From NCBI GenBank assembly GCA_050950505.1, contig JBMNHS010000001.1, forward strand, positions 288,001 through 352,000: a stretch of 64,000 bases of DNA, written 5' to 3'. This document shows, one piece after another, positions 30,627 through 41,560 of the stretch (positions are counted from its first letter, which is position 1; every line of letters begins with the position of its first letter). The position numbers were made by a program, and so were the translations under genes. Source of the DNA: Candidatus Methanomethylophilaceae archaeon (GTDB lineage: Archaea > Thermoplasmatota > Thermoplasmata > Methanomassiliicoccales > Methanomethylophilaceae). The notes below the pieces were generated by a model, which searched no databases, was not told the DNA's origin, and saw only the letters and a program-made list of their open reading frames with translations.

Positions 30627-32093
30627 ATGGACGGCATATTATCAAACATTTCGTTGGATGACATAATCGCCGTCGTCGATGAATACATCTGGTATTTGGC
30701 GTTCATAGTTCTGATAGGTGCCGGACTTTATCTCACATACAAATTCAAAGGGATTCAGTTCACGAGATTCATTGAATCCATGAAACTCTCTTTCGGAGGC
30801 ACCAAAAGTACAAGCGAACAATCGGTTTCGTCCATGGAAGCTTTCTGGGTGGGGGTCGGGGCCCGTATAGGCATCGGCAAGATCGCCGGGGTCGCCATGG
30901 CAATCATTCTCGGCGGAGCCGGAGCAATATTTTGGATTTGGGTATTTGCTTTGATAAGCTGTGCCAGCTGTTTTGCCGAATGTACTCTGGGACAGATATT
31001 CAAAGACAAGAAGTCCGACGGTCTGTTTCACGGCGGTCCCGCGTATTATATCAGAGACGGGTTGAAAAATCCGAAATTTGCGAAATTGGTAGCCATTCTT
31101 ATAGTGCTCACTTACGCGGTGGGTTTCATCGGAATACAGGCTTCCAGCGCCACCGCCTCCCTCGTGGACACTTTCGATGCGGAAAAATACAGAATGATAT
31201 TTGCAATCGCCTTGGCCGCAACGACCGGACTGATGATGATCCGCGGAATCAAAGGTGTGGCAAAATCTCTGGCGAAAATAGTTCCCTTGGTGTCCATAGT
31301 GTGGTTTTTCATGGTAATTGTGACCGTGGTCTTCAATTGGAGATACATCGACGACGCAATCATCATGATTGTCAAAGGGGCCTTCGGATTGGACAGTATC
31401 ATGGGCGGAACTTTGGCCGCAGCGGTGATGTGGGGCATGAAACGGAGCGTTTTCTCAAACACCGCGGGAATAGGGGCCATCCCCAACGTATCTTCCGCCG
31501 CGGATGTCCGTCACCCCGTGGAACAGGGACTTTCACAGTCCTTCGGTGTGATTCTGGACACCATCATCTGTACCGGAACCGCGCTGATCATCCTCACAAG
31601 TTCGGACATGGGTTCGCTTCTGGGCATCGGTAACGGGATTGAACTTGTTTCCGCGGCGATGGCCGCCGGTCCTTTCGGGGTTTACGCACCCTATCTTCTG
31701 ACGGGAATCATTCTGATTTTCGTCATAATCAGCATTGTCAGTTCGTATTCCATCTGTGAAGTCAATCTTATGTTCCTCAGTGAAAAACCCATATACTCGG
31801 CGATGCTGAAAATCGGAATCCTTCTTTCCATATTCGTATCGTCGATATTGCCGGCGGACATAGTTTGGAGTCTGTCCGACATTCTGATGGCCGCGTTGGG
31901 AATCGCGAACATGGTTGCCGTCCTCAAACTGACGGATTACGTCATGGAAGCTCTCAGGGATTACAACCGTCAGAGGGCCGCGAACAAAGTTCCGGTGTTC
32001 AACAGAAGCAGAATTTCCTTGGATGCTTCCGGAATATCCGTTTGGGGAGAACGTACCGATGTGGACGTCAAACCCGAAGCGGCGGAATCGTGA
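30627..32093 (+). CDS. Alanine/glycine:cation symporter (AGCS) family
   Basis: IAGVA.AI..GGAGAIFW.W, GGPAYYI, KR.VFSN.AG.G, HPVEQG and DT.ICT.TA. Confidence 0.9.
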   Translation: MDGILSNISLDDIIAVVDEYIWYLAFIVLIGAGLYLTYKFKGIQFTRFIESMKLSFGGTKSTSEQSVSSMEAFWVGVGARIGIGKIAGVAMAIILGGAGAIFWIWVFALISCASCFAECTLGQIFKDKKSDGLFHGGPAYYIRDGLKNPKFAKLVAILIVLTYAVGFIGIQASSATASLVDTFDAEKYRMIFAIALAATTGLMMIRGIKGVAKSLAKIVPLVSIVWFFMVIVTVVFNWRYIDDAIIMIVKGAFGLDSIMGGTLAAAVMWGMKRSVFSNTAGIGAIPNVSSAADVRHPVEQGLSQSFGVILDTIICTGTALIILTSSDMGSLLGIGNGIELVSAAMAAGPFGVYAPYLLTGIILIFVIISIVSSYSICEVNLMFLSEKPIYSAMLKIGILLSIFVSSILPADIVWSLSDILMAALGIANMVAVLKLTDYVMEALRDYNRQRAANKVPVFNRSRISLDASGISVWGERTDVDVKPEAAES

Positions 32094-33221
32094 TTACAGA
32101 AGAACCATGTTTTCCCTGTCGACGATGTCCGTATCCCGGTTACAGCCCATCATCTCGTTGATTTCGGAAGTCCGCAGGCCAATCATGGAAATCACATCTT
32201 CGGAGTTATAATTGGTGATGCCGTGAGCTATGGTTTTTCCTTCGAACTTTATGCGTATCATGTCCCCGCGGTCGAATTTTCCGGAAACTTCCGTCACCCC
32301 GACCGGGAGCAAAGACCGATGTCTGCCCAATGCCTTCGCGGCGCCCTCGTCAACGGTGACGGAGCCTTTCGGGTTTGCGAATTTCAACCAACGTCTTTTC
32401 TTGGGGATTTCGGAATCCGACACGAATGCCGTTCCGATGTCCTGACCTGAAACTATGTCCTCGATGATTCCTTTCTTCAGTCCCGACGCGATTACCATCA
32501 GACATCCCGCGTCGGCGCAGATGCGGGCGGCTTCGAGTTTGGTTTTCATTCCCCCGACGCCGACACGGGTGGTGGGCTCCCCGGCCATATGCATGACGTC
32601 GTCAATGGATTCTACGATGTTCATAAGCTTGGCGTCTGAGTATATTTTAGGATTTTTATCGTAAAGTCCGTCAACGTCGGAAAGGATTATCAGAAGATCT
32701 GATTCCGTGTTGCTGGCTATCACCGCGGACAGTTTGTCGTTGTCTCCGAACATCACGTCGATTTCTTTGGTGCATATCGCATCGTTTTCATTGAAAATCG
32801 GAACGACGCCGTTGTCCAGCAGGGTTTCGATCGTGTTGTCCAGATTGTTGGCGGTTTCCCTGACGGAATATGCGTCCATGGTCAGAAGAATCTGAGCCCC
32901 CAGAAGACCGTATTTTTCAAACGCGGTGTTCCATCGGTGCATCAGCACAGACTGACCCACGGAAGCGGCCGCCTGACGCATGGGAATGTTCTTGGGATGG
33001 GCATCTATGCCCATCACGTCCAGTCCCAGCCCTATCGCCCCCGAGGACACAAGCAGAACCTCGATTCCTCCGTCTCTCAGTGTCTTTACCTGACGCGCCA
33101 CATCCTCCAGGAACTCCATGGATTCCTCGGCGGAATTCCTTGTTATGGAAGACGTGCCCACTTTGACGACTATGCGTCTGAGATCTTTCACCAGAGACTT
33201 CCGGTCGCTCAAAGCGGACAC
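32094..33221 (-). CDS. proB: Glutamate 5-kinase with PUA domain
   Basis: VVKVGTS, VSSGA, NEND, FGDND.LSA and GGM.TK. Confidence 0.96.
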   Translation of the reverse strand: MSALSDRKSLVKDLRRIVVKVGTSSITRNSAEESMEFLEDVARQVKTLRDGGIEVLLVSSGAIGLGLDVMGIDAHPKNIPMRQAAASVGQSVLMHRWNTAFEKYGLLGAQILLTMDAYSVRETANNLDNTIETLLDNGVVPIFNENDAICTKEIDVMFGDNDKLSAVIASNTESDLLIILSDVDGLYDKNPKIYSDAKLMNIVESIDDVMHMAGEPTTRVGVGGMKTKLEAARICADAGCLMVIASGLKKGIIEDIVSGQDIGTAFVSDSEIPKKRRWLKFANPKGSVTVDEGAAKALGRHRSLLPVGVTEVSGKFDRGDMIRIKFEGKTIAHGITNYNSEDVISMIGLRTSEINEMMGCNRDTDIVDRENMVLL

Positions 33222-34531
33222 TCCCTTTCGATGTGTTTATGGGTGAACTTTTTGTCTCCCGAGGCGTAATCTTTGACTTTCTGACCTTCGCCGATCAGGA
33301 CATACTTGTAAATCATCAGACCTTCCATTCCCACGGGACCTCTCGAGTGAATCTTTCCGGTGCTTATTCCCACTTCCGCCCCTTTTCCGAATCTGTAGCC
33401 GTCGGCGAATCTCGTGGAAGCGTTCACGAACACGTCCGCCGCATCCACCATTTTGACGAAATAGGTCATGTTTTCTTTGTTTTCGGTAACAATCGCATCC
33501 GTGTGTCCGGAACCGTATCTTCCGATGAACTCGGCGGCTTCTTCGACGGAGTCGACGGTTTTGATTGCGATTATGAGTTCGTTGTATTCCTCGGCCCATT
33601 CGTTTTCCGCCGCGGGAATCACGTCTCCGACGTCTTTGATTTTCCGGACTCTCTCGTCTCCGCGGATTTCGACGCCGTTGTCTCTGAAGAGTCTGCACAT
33701 GTTCGGCAGGAACTTTTCCGCGACGGCGGCGTGAACCAACAGATTTTCCATGGCATTGCAGGCCGCGGGATACTGTATTTTTGAATCCAGGACAACAGAG
33801 TAGGCTTTCTCCAAATCCGCAAATTCGTCAACATAAACGTTGCACAGTCCTTCGGAGTGCCCCATCACCGGAATCCTTGTGTTGTCTTCGATGTACTTCA
33901 CGAAACTGTTGGAACCTCTGGGTATCAGCAAATCGATGTACTCGTCCAGGCCGAGGATGTTGCTGATGTCCTCATGGGTTTCCATCAGAACAAAGGCTTC
34001 TTTCGGAACTCCGGCGGAAGCCGCGGCTTCGGACAGGATTTCAAACAATGCCCGGTTGGAGTTGAAAGCTTCCGAGCCTCCTTTGAAGGCCACGGCGTTG
34101 CCGCTCTTGATGCACAATGACATGATCTGAGGCAACACATCCGGACGGGATTCGAATATCACCCCTAACAAACCAATCGGGCTTCTTACCTGATACAGCG
34201 TGAGGTTGTCGTCCAATTCTATGGTGGACATGGTTTCCCCAACAGGGTCGTCAAAGGACTCCACATCGTTTATTCCGACGATCATCCCGTTGATTTTGCC
34301 GTCGTTCACAAGAAGTCTGTCCACCATGGATCTTGTGAGTCTGCCCTGTTCCACCAATTTTTCGGCATTGGCCACGTCTTCCGCGTTGGCCTTCAGGATT
34401 CTGCTCCTGTTTTTGTCCAAAGCATCGGCCATTGCCCTCAGTGCTTTGTTCTTGACCCTCCCGTCAAGGGAGGAAAGCCTGACCGCGGCCTTCTCCGCTT
34501 CGATAATCTGTTCAGTGATGTCCTTAGGCAT
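33209..34531 (-). CDS. proA: Gamma-glutamyl phosphate reductase
   Basis: IFESRPD, KGGSEA, IPRG, CNAMENLL and NASTRFADG..FG.GAEVGIST. Confidence 0.96.
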   Translation of the reverse strand: MPKDITEQIIEAEKAAVRLSSLDGRVKNKALRAMADALDKNRSRILKANAEDVANAEKLVEQGRLTRSMVDRLLVNDGKINGMIVGINDVESFDDPVGETMSTIELDDNLTLYQVRSPIGLLGVIFESRPDVLPQIMSLCIKSGNAVAFKGGSEAFNSNRALFEILSEAAASAGVPKEAFVLMETHEDISNILGLDEYIDLLIPRGSNSFVKYIEDNTRIPVMGHSEGLCNVYVDEFADLEKAYSVVLDSKIQYPAACNAMENLLVHAAVAEKFLPNMCRLFRDNGVEIRGDERVRKIKDVGDVIPAAENEWAEEYNELIIAIKTVDSVEEAAEFIGRYGSGHTDAIVTENKENMTYFVKMVDAADVFVNASTRFADGYRFGKGAEVGISTGKIHSRGPVGMEGLMIYKYVLIGEGQKVKDYASGDKKFTHKHIERECPL

Positions 34532-34637
34532 ATTATTCCCTGTATGGCCGTCAATTGTATTATTATATGTGACAATGCGGCAGACCGGCCATCGCAATAG
34601 GAAATTTAAAAATATGCGGATGGGATTGTCTCGCTGA

Positions 34638-34724
34638 GCCGAGGTAATCTAGTCCGGTAGGGTGGCGGTCTCGAAAACCGCTGGCCGCGAGGCCTCGGGA
34701 GTTCAAATCTCTCCCTCGGCGCCA
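34638..34724 (+). tRNA. tRNA-Ser(CGA)
   Basis: GCCGAGG acceptor, GCGGT-CTCGAAA-ACCGC anticodon arm, long variable arm, GCCA end. Confidence 0.96.
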
Positions 34725-34738
34725 CGACCTTTTTTCGT

Positions 34739-35869
34739 TTACTTGAATCGATCCCTGAAGGACTGCCGGGTCTTTTTTGGACCTGCGGCTTCGTCCAGTT
34801 TCGTGAGCAGTTCGGTTTCCGCTTTGGAAACTCTCTTGGGCACATCCATCTTGACGCGGACCATGAGATCGCCTCTCGAAGACGAACCCATGGAACGGGG
34901 CATTCCCTTTCCGCTGAGTCTCAGCACCGATCCGACCTGGGTTCCCTTGGGGATTTTGAGAATGACTTTTTCTCCTTCCAGAGTTCTGACTTCCTCTTCC
35001 CCTCCCAGCACCAGTTTCGGATAGGATGTGGTTATGCCGGTCCAAAGGTTGGGGCCGTCCCGTTCGAAGGTGTCGTTCGGGGTGATGTGAATCATCACGT
35101 AAAGGTCTCCGGGTTGACCGCCGTCGGCGCTTGCGTTGCCCAGTCCCCTCAGCGTCAACGTGGAACCGTCGCTGACCCCTTTCGGAATCTTCACGTCCGC
35201 TTTGGTTACTTTGCGGACGTTTCCCGCGCCGTCGCATTCAGGACATCTTTCATCGAAAGAACGTCCCCTGCCCCGGCATTTGGGGCAGTCGGACACCGAC
35301 ACCATGTTTCCGAACATGGTCTGCCTGACCGTACGGGCCTGACCGGAGCCGTTGCATTGAGAACAGGACACGGTCTTGCCGTTTTTGGCCCCGGTTCCGT
35401 CGCAGGCTTCGCATTTGACGGAATGGGGGACTTCAACTTTTTCCGTTTTGCCTTCAAGAGCTTCCAGCAGAGAGATTTCGATGTCCATTCTGAGAGAGGC
35501 CCCTTTCTGGGGACCTCTTCTGGATGAACCCCGACCTCCGCCGAATCCGCCGAAGATGTCTCCGAAGATGTCTCCGAAGATATCGCTGATGTCTTCCGCG
35601 TGGGTAAAGTCGTCCCATGAGAACCCGCCTCCGGAGAATTGCTGGTTGACGGCGTCGCTGCCGTACCTGTCGTAAGTCTCCTTCTTCTGAGGGTCGGAAA
35701 GAACCTCGTACGCCTCGGAAATCTCCTTGAATTTGGCTTCGGCAACCTCTTTGGGTTCCGAAGACACGTCAGGGTGATACTTCTTGGCGAGATTTCGGTA
35801 TGCTTTCTTGACTTCCTCCGGCGATGAGTCTTTGCTCACGCCGAGGATCTCATAGTAATCTTTACCCAT
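34739..35869 (-). CDS. dnaJ: Chaperone DnaJ
   Basis: HPD J-domain, G/F-rich region and four CxxCxGxG repeats. Confidence 0.97.
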   Translation of the reverse strand: MGKDYYEILGVSKDSSPEEVKKAYRNLAKKYHPDVSSEPKEVAEAKFKEISEAYEVLSDPQKKETYDRYGSDAVNQQFSGGGFSWDDFTHAEDISDIFGDIFGDIFGGFGGGRGSSRRGPQKGASLRMDIEISLLEALEGKTEKVEVPHSVKCEACDGTGAKNGKTVSCSQCNGSGQARTVRQTMFGNMVSVSDCPKCRGRGRSFDERCPECDGAGNVRKVTKADVKIPKGVSDGSTLTLRGLGNASADGGQPGDLYVMIHITPNDTFERDGPNLWTGITTSYPKLVLGGEEEVRTLEGEKVILKIPKGTQVGSVLRLSGKGMPRSMGSSSRGDLMVRVKMDVPKRVSKAETELLTKLDEAAGPKKTRQSFRDRFK

Positions 35870-35883
35870 TTGTGAATCCCAAC

Positions 35884-37737
35884 TCAGTTCTCTTCGTCGT
35901 CGACTATGGTGTAATCCGCATCAACGACGTCGTCGTCAACGTCCTCTTGGGCTTTCTGCTCCGCTCCGCCGTGAGCCTGCTGCCCGGCAGAAGCTTCCTG
36001 GTAAATCCTGGTGGAGATGGGTTCCATGGCCTTCATGAGGTCGTCCATCTTCTTCTTGATGCGTTCTGTGTCATCGGTCTTGTTGGCTTCCTCAAGGTCG
36101 GTGATTGCGGCTTCGACGGCGGATCTCTCTTCCTGGGATACTTTCTCCCCCAGTTCGTCAAGGGACTTGCGGACCATGTGCACCGAAGATTCGGCCTGGT
36201 TGTGGGTCTCGATGACTTCCACCTTCTTCTTGTCCGCATCGGCGAACTTCTCGGCTTCCTTGACCATCTGTTCGATCTCTTCGTCACTGAGTTTGCTGGA
36301 AGAGGCGATGGTGATTTTCTGTTCCTTGCCGGTTCCGGTGTCCTTCGCGGTCACGGTGACGATACCGTTGGCGTCGATGTCGAAGGTTACTTCAATCTGA
36401 GGCATTCCGCGGGGGGCCGGGGGTATTCCGTCAAGGATGAAACGGCCGAGGGAGGTGTTGTCCGTGGCCATCTTCCTTTCGCCCTGCACAACGTTGATTT
36501 CCACCGAAGGCTGGTTGTCCGCCGCGGTGGAGAATATCTGGGACTTCTTCGTAGGGATGGTGGTGTTTCTCTCAATGAGAGGGGTCGCCACTCCGCCGAG
36601 GGTTTCGATACCCAGAGTCAGAGGCGTAACGTCCAAAAGAAGAACGTCTTTCACGTCTCCGGAAAGAACGGCTCCCTGAATCGCCGCACCCATGGAAACA
36701 CATTCCATCGGGTCGATTCCGCGCTGAATCTTGGGGCCGACGACGCTTTCCACGTAGTTCTGGACCGCGGGCATTCTGGTCGGACCTCCGACCATGATGA
36801 TTTTGTCAATCTGGTCCATGGACAGTTTGGCGTCCTTGACGGCGCCCAGGATGCTGTCCTTGCATCTTACGATGACCGGTTCGACGAGTTCCTCAAGCTT
36901 TGCGCGGGTAAGTGTCTGCACAAGGTGCTTGGGTCCAGAATCGTCGGAAGCAATGAAGGGAAGGTTGATTTCCGTCTGCATCGTGGTAGAAAGTTCTATT
37001 TTGGCTTTCTCGCAGGCTTCCCGGACTCTCCAGAAGGCCATCTTGTCTCCGGTGAGATCGATGCCGGTCTGTTTCTTGAATTCGTCGGTAACGAACTTGG
37101 TGATGTTCTCATCCATGTCCGAACCTCCGAGCTGGGTGTCTCCCTTGGTGGAGAGAACTTCGAAAACACCGTCGCTGAGGTCCATTACCGTAACGTCCAG
37201 AGTGCCGCCTCCGAAGTCGAAAACCATGATTTTCTGTTCGGTGTCGCTCTTATCGAGACCGAATGCGAGAGCCGCGGATGTGGGCTCGTTTATCATGCGC
37301 ACGACGTCGAGTCCGGCAATCGCGCCGGCGTCTTTGGTCGCCTGTCTCTGGTTGTCGTCGAAGTATGCGGGGACGGTTATCACAGCTTTGCTGAGATCCT
37401 CGCCGAGGAAGGCTTCCGCGTCCCTCTTGATTTTCTGAAGTATGAATGCAGAGATCTGCTGCGGGGAGTATTCCTTTCCGAACACCGTGATTTTTTCGCC
37501 GGAGCCCATCTTTCTCTTTACGTTCTTTATGGTTCCTTCGGGGTTGGTCACGGCCTGTCTCCTTGCAGGCTCTCCCACCAAAAGCTCTCCGTCCTTCGTG
37601 AACGCCACGTAAGACGGGAACGATTTGCCGCCGACGCTGGTACCCTCGGCGCTGGGTATTACGATTGGCCTTCCGCCCTCCATCGCGGCGGCGGCCGAGT
37701 TGCTTGTTCCAAGATCTATACCTATAATTCTTGACAT
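35884..37737 (-). CDS. dnaK: Chaperone DnaK (Hsp70)
   Basis: [23 protein letters not shown] and VGGPTRMP. Confidence 0.98.
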   Translation of the reverse strand: MSRIIGIDLGTSNSAAAAMEGGRPIVIPSAEGTSVGGKSFPSYVAFTKDGELLVGEPARRQAVTNPEGTIKNVKRKMGSGEKITVFGKEYSPQQISAFILQKIKRDAEAFLGEDLSKAVITVPAYFDDNQRQATKDAGAIAGLDVVRMINEPTSAALAFGLDKSDTEQKIMVFDFGGGTLDVTVMDLSDGVFEVLSTKGDTQLGGSDMDENITKFVTDEFKKQTGIDLTGDKMAFWRVREACEKAKIELSTTMQTEINLPFIASDDSGPKHLVQTLTRAKLEELVEPVIVRCKDSILGAVKDAKLSMDQIDKIIMVGGPTRMPAVQNYVESVVGPKIQRGIDPMECVSMGAAIQGAVLSGDVKDVLLLDVTPLTLGIETLGGVATPLIERNTTIPTKKSQIFSTAADNQPSVEINVVQGERKMATDNTSLGRFILDGIPPAPRGMPQIEVTFDIDANGIVTVTAKDTGTGKEQKITIASSSKLSDEEIEQMVKEAEKFADADKKKVEVIETHNQAESSVHMVRKSLDELGEKVSQEERSAVEAAITDLEEANKTDDTERIKKKMDDLMKAMEPISTRIYQEASAGQQAHGGAEQKAQEDVDDDVVDADYTIVDDEEN

Positions 37738-37742
37738 TTCTT

Positions 37743-38303
37743 TCACTCCTGTTTGTTTTCTTTCGCCGTCTCTCCGGCCGTCCCCTCCGTTTCGGAGGAT
37801 TTAGTTACTTTCACTTTCGAATATCTCAGGACCCTGTCGTCGCAAAGGTATCCTTTCTGATACACTTCGGCAATGTCCCCGTCCCGTTCCCCGTCCACGG
37901 TGCTCAGGGCCTCATGGAACCCGGGATTGAATTTACCGTCTGTCGGAATCTCCTTGACTCCGCGTGTTTCCAGAGTCTTCATCAGATTCTGGCGCACGCC
38001 CCTGATACCGAGAATAAAATCGTTTTCTTCCTCGGCCAGGCACAATGCCCGGTCCAAATCGTCGATTGTCTGCAACAGTTCCGCAATCAGATCGTCGTTG
38101 GCTCTTTTCTTGGCATCTTCCATGTCTTTGACGGATCTCTTTCTGTAGTTGTCAAAATCCGCCTGGATTCTTCTAGCCGCATCCAGATACTGTCCGGCCA
38201 GTTCTTTGGCTTCTTCGAGCTCGTCCTTTATTTCGAATTTCTCTTCGGTTTCCGGTGATTCCGTTTCTTCCGGTCCGGCTTTCTTTCTAAACTTGTCAGT
38301 CAT
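37743..38303 (-). CDS. grpE: Nucleotide exchange factor GrpE
   Basis: [14 protein letters not shown] and QKGY...RVLR. Confidence 0.95.
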   Translation of the reverse strand: MTDKFRKKAGPEETESPETEEKFEIKDELEEAKELAGQYLDAARRIQADFDNYRKRSVKDMEDAKKRANDDLIAELLQTIDDLDRALCLAEEENDFILGIRGVRQNLMKTLETRGVKEIPTDGKFNPGFHEALSTVDGERDGDIAEVYQKGYLCDDRVLRYSKVKVTKSSETEGTAGETAKENKQE

Positions 38304-38331
38304 GCTACGATCATCCAAAGGGGTAAGAATT

Positions 38332-38356
38332 AGGGAGGAAGCAATGCTTCCTCCCT
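38332..38356. terminator. Perfect GC-rich hairpin between the thermosome gene and grpE
   Basis: AGGGAGGAAGC-AAT-GCTTCCTCCCT, an 11-bp perfect stem; function (terminator or stabiliser) inferred. Confidence 0.5.
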
Positions 38357-38372
38357 TGTTTGGTTTACAGTT

Positions 38373-39992
38373 TCACTCATCCATATCCAAGTCGGACATG
38401 TCCATTTCCTGGGTGCTCGAAGATGCAATCACATCATCGATGCGCAGGATCATGACGGCAGTGTCGGTGGCGGCGTTGATTGCCTGTTTTCCAACCCTGT
38501 AGGGTTCCACAACATTGTTTTCGTACATGTCATCGACTATGCCGGTGAAGGGGTTGAGACCTGCGGTGATCTTACCCTCTTTGTGCTGTTTCCTCATTTC
38601 GATAAGGGTGTCGATGGGGTCGAGTCCGGCATTCTCGGCAAGTGTCGCGGGAATCACTTCCATGGCGGAGGCGTATGCTTCGAGAGCAATCTGTGCCCTT
38701 CCGCCGACGGATGATGCGTAATCCCTGAGGCGCATGGCGATTTCCATTTCTTTGGATCCGCCGCCGCATTCGATGAGGCCGTCTTCGATGGCCACTCTTA
38801 CCGCGGACCATGCGTCGACGAGGGATCTTTCGACTTCGTCCGCCACGTGAACGGTTCCGCCTCTCACGAGAACGGATACGGTCTTCGGGTCTTTGACGTC
38901 GGTGATGAAGGTCATTTCTTCGTTCTCGACTTTCTTTAGCTCGACGAGTCCGGCGTTTCCGAGGTCGTCCTTGGAGATGTCCTGGATTTTGTTGACGATA
39001 GATGCACCGGTGGATCTGGACAGTCTGTCCATGTCGCTCTTCTTGACACGTCTGCATGCATAGATGCCTTCCTTGGCAAACATGTGCTGTGCCACGTCGT
39101 CGATTCCCTTCTGGCAGAATACGACGTTTGCACCGACATTCTTGACTGCGGTGACCATTCTCTTGAGCATGTTCTCCTCTTCCGCCACGAACTCGGCAAT
39201 CTGGTTGGGATCCGTTATCTGGATCTTTGCGTCCATTTCGGTCTTCTTGACTTCGAATGCCGCATCGATGAGCGCAATCTTTGCGTTCTTTATGGACTTG
39301 GGCATGCTGGGCTGAACCGGCTCTTTGTCGATTACGAGACCCTTGTGAAGTTCGGTCTCTTCCATTCTCGCACCGGCTTTCTTGACGGTCTGGATGTTGG
39401 TAAGATCGACTTTGTATTTTCCGTTCGCGTCCTTTTCGGCAACAGTCTTGACGGCGTCAACGACGAGTTCCGCAAAGAATTCTTTCGAACCGCTGACCTG
39501 TTTGCTGATCATTGCGACTTCGGCAACTTTTCTGAGAACGTCTTCGTCCTCGATGGTGACTTTCTTGGCGATGTCCAGGAGAACTTCCTGAGCCTTGTCG
39601 TTGGCCATCCTGTACCCGGCGGAGATAATCGTAGGGTGAACGTTGGCTTCGATCAAATCAACGGCTTTCTTCAGAAGTTCGCCGGTGAGTATGACGGAAG
39701 AAGTTGTTCCGTCACCGACTTCGGCGTCCTGCGCTTTTGCGACTTCCACCAGCATTTTTGCGGCGGGATGCTGAACGTCCATTTCCTTCAATATTGTCAC
39801 ACCGTCGTTGGTGATTACGACGTCGCCCAAAGAGTCAACGAGCATTTTGTCCATTCCCCTGGGGCCCAAGCTGCTTCTTACGGCATCGGCGATGGCCCTG
39901 GCGGCGGCAATGTTGTTGAACTGAGCATCTTTTCCTTTGTTTCTCTTTGTTCCTTCTCTGAGAATCAGAACAGGTGTGTTACCCATACCCAT
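38373..39992 (-). CDS. ths: Thermosome (group II chaperonin) subunit
   Basis: [27 protein letters not shown] and ILRIDD. Confidence 0.97.
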   Translation of the reverse strand: MGMGNTPVLILREGTKRNKGKDAQFNNIAAARAIADAVRSSLGPRGMDKMLVDSLGDVVITNDGVTILKEMDVQHPAAKMLVEVAKAQDAEVGDGTTSSVILTGELLKKAVDLIEANVHPTIISAGYRMANDKAQEVLLDIAKKVTIEDEDVLRKVAEVAMISKQVSGSKEFFAELVVDAVKTVAEKDANGKYKVDLTNIQTVKKAGARMEETELHKGLVIDKEPVQPSMPKSIKNAKIALIDAAFEVKKTEMDAKIQITDPNQIAEFVAEEENMLKRMVTAVKNVGANVVFCQKGIDDVAQHMFAKEGIYACRRVKKSDMDRLSRSTGASIVNKIQDISKDDLGNAGLVELKKVENEEMTFITDVKDPKTVSVLVRGGTVHVADEVERSLVDAWSAVRVAIEDGLIECGGGSKEMEIAMRLRDYASSVGGRAQIALEAYASAMEVIPATLAENAGLDPIDTLIEMRKQHKEGKITAGLNPFTGIVDDMYENNVVEPYRVGKQAINAATDTAVMILRIDDVIASSSTQEMDMSDLDMDE

Positions 39993-40054
39993 GTTTTTTT
40001 AGCCTCCAATTAATTCCATTTACCTGGATTCTGAGTTGATAAAGTTTGTTCTTC

Positions 40055-40062
40055 TATATAAA
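40055..40062 (-). promoter_or_regulatory. Probable TATA box of the thermosome/dnaK cluster
   Basis: TTTATATA on the minus strand about 65 nt upstream of the ATG; GGAGG RBS before the start. Confidence 0.55.
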
Positions 40063-40603
40063 CCTATCATTCAGATGCACACAATCCGCTTTATCTTCCT
40101 GTTGAAGAAACACCCCCGGAAAAACCGTGCTGAATGTGTTGTCCGTTCATACCGGAAAGACGGTCACGATACTGATTGGCGGACAGGGCGTCTCCGCGAC
40201 GGGAAGAATCCTCGTCCGATAAAATGATCTCCGAACCTTTCTGTGGAATGCATTGGAGAGAAGTAAACAGAAATACGCAAAAGTGACTTAATTTTCCGAG
40301 AAACCCCTTATTCGCGCGGATTATAATGGGATACCGACAGTTTATGTTATATCCTATCTATCAATACGTAAGAGGGAACGTTGGAATAAACGGACCCGTG
40401 AAACGCAGGAACACACGATAAAGTTTAACAAACAAAACTTATGTCGGATGTCTGCCCGCGTGTTTGCGGAATCCTCCGTACAGCGGTACGGAATGATGAA
40501 CACAAACATGATTCCGAAAGGGTCGCAAAAGTCAGAAAAATGACCGGGGTACGGACTCCAAACATCAGAATCCGCAAAATATAATCATCAAGGAGTGATA
40601 GAA

Positions 40604-41137
40604 ATGCCGATGGAAAAGTTGATCGAACAAGAGGAAGGAATGGATTCCCTCATCGAACGTGTCGGTCTGTATATTCCCATTTACAGGGGATACAAAGAAC
40701 AGAATCTTCGCAGGGACGAAGACAGAGCCATAAGGCAGGAACTTGTACTCACGCTCGAAGGCGCCGAGGAAAACATGAAAGTTATTTCGGAAGCTTCCGC
40801 GGAAAGCACCGATATTGCCGCCGATGTCGACAGAATAAGCGAAAAAATCAACGTATTCCTGGAATCCGTGGCTGAAAACGTCAACGGATACAGCGGATGG
40901 CATGCCTCCGCCGATTCCTTGGAAAAGGAAATGGAAGAATTGGTGTCCTTGGATTCCAAATTGATAGAAGATACCGTTCTTCTCAGAGGGACCGTCGCCA
41001 ATCTCGTCCAGAAAATAGATTTGGGGGAATATGCCATAATGACCCCTCTCAAGGAAATTGAAAAGATTCTTGACAGATTGATCGAAGATTATGACGGCAG
41101 AGAAACCGTCATGAAAAAATTCCTCAAAGAAGTCTGA
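40604..41137 (+). CDS. Conserved hypothetical all-helical protein
   Basis: GGAGTGA RBS; IP.YRGYKE...RR.EDRAIR motif; followed by a T-rich terminator-like tract. Confidence 0.8.
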   Translation: MPMEKLIEQEEGMDSLIERVGLYIPIYRGYKEQNLRRDEDRAIRQELVLTLEGAEENMKVISEASAESTDIAADVDRISEKINVFLESVAENVNGYSGWHASADSLEKEMEELVSLDSKLIEDTVLLRGTVANLVQKIDLGEYAIMTPLKEIEKILDRLIEDYDGRETVMKKFLKEV

Positions 41138-41349
41138 ATCCGAATCTCCCCGTCCTCTGAGGTTTCGGTACCGTTTTGAGTTTTTTGACGGACACGGTTG
41201 TTTCTTTTCTGTTTATTTTTCAGAATCTGCCGCGCATAGCGGCGTTTCTCATTTTATTCTTATTTTTCACTCAAATACACTTTTCAACAAATAAAATACG
41301 ATATTCGTATTAATAATTCGATAATCAACGTAATTCGTTATTCGATTGG

Positions 41350-41357
41350 TATAAATA
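41350..41357 (+). promoter_or_regulatory. TATA box upstream of the structured RNA candidate
   Basis: TATAAATA about 25 nt before the first stem at 41383, within very AT-rich DNA. Confidence 0.55.
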
Positions 41358-41374
41358 GTAGAAAAATAATGTAA

Positions 41375-41560
41375 GTGTCGGTGGCAGGGAGTCGCCGACG
41401 AGCCTACAAGACCCGAAAGAGCGGCAAGTACGTTCGAAGACAAAATTCCGGAAGCAAGGAGCAGGAGACCGGTCTGTTGACACTCTACTCTGATTGACCC
41501 GGAATGAAAAACGTACTTCGAGAACCCGCAACGGATGACCCGATTCCCTGCCCACATCCA
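41375..41560 (+). ncRNA. Candidate ~175-185-nt structured non-coding RNA, family unassigned
   Basis: GC-richer block with nested stems 41383-41394/41541-41552, 41426-41434/41510-41518 and 41445-41451/41499-41505; TATA upstream, T-run downstream; no credible ORF. Confidence 0.6.

Noticed and set aside
35546-35585. Tandem 12-nt repeat CCGAAGATGTCT
   Set aside because: Encodes the DIFG repeats of the DnaJ G/F region; not CRISPR
35824-37734. 636-aa ORF antisense to dnaK
   Set aside because: Well-known antisense open frame of hsp70 genes; no independent support
40493-40535. Possible C/D box sRNA starting ATGATGA
   Set aside because: No CTGA D box at a suitable distance
41426-41518. Hammerhead ribozyme (CTGATTGA...GAAA)
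   Set aside because: The core has an extra base and the stem I/II topology does not fit
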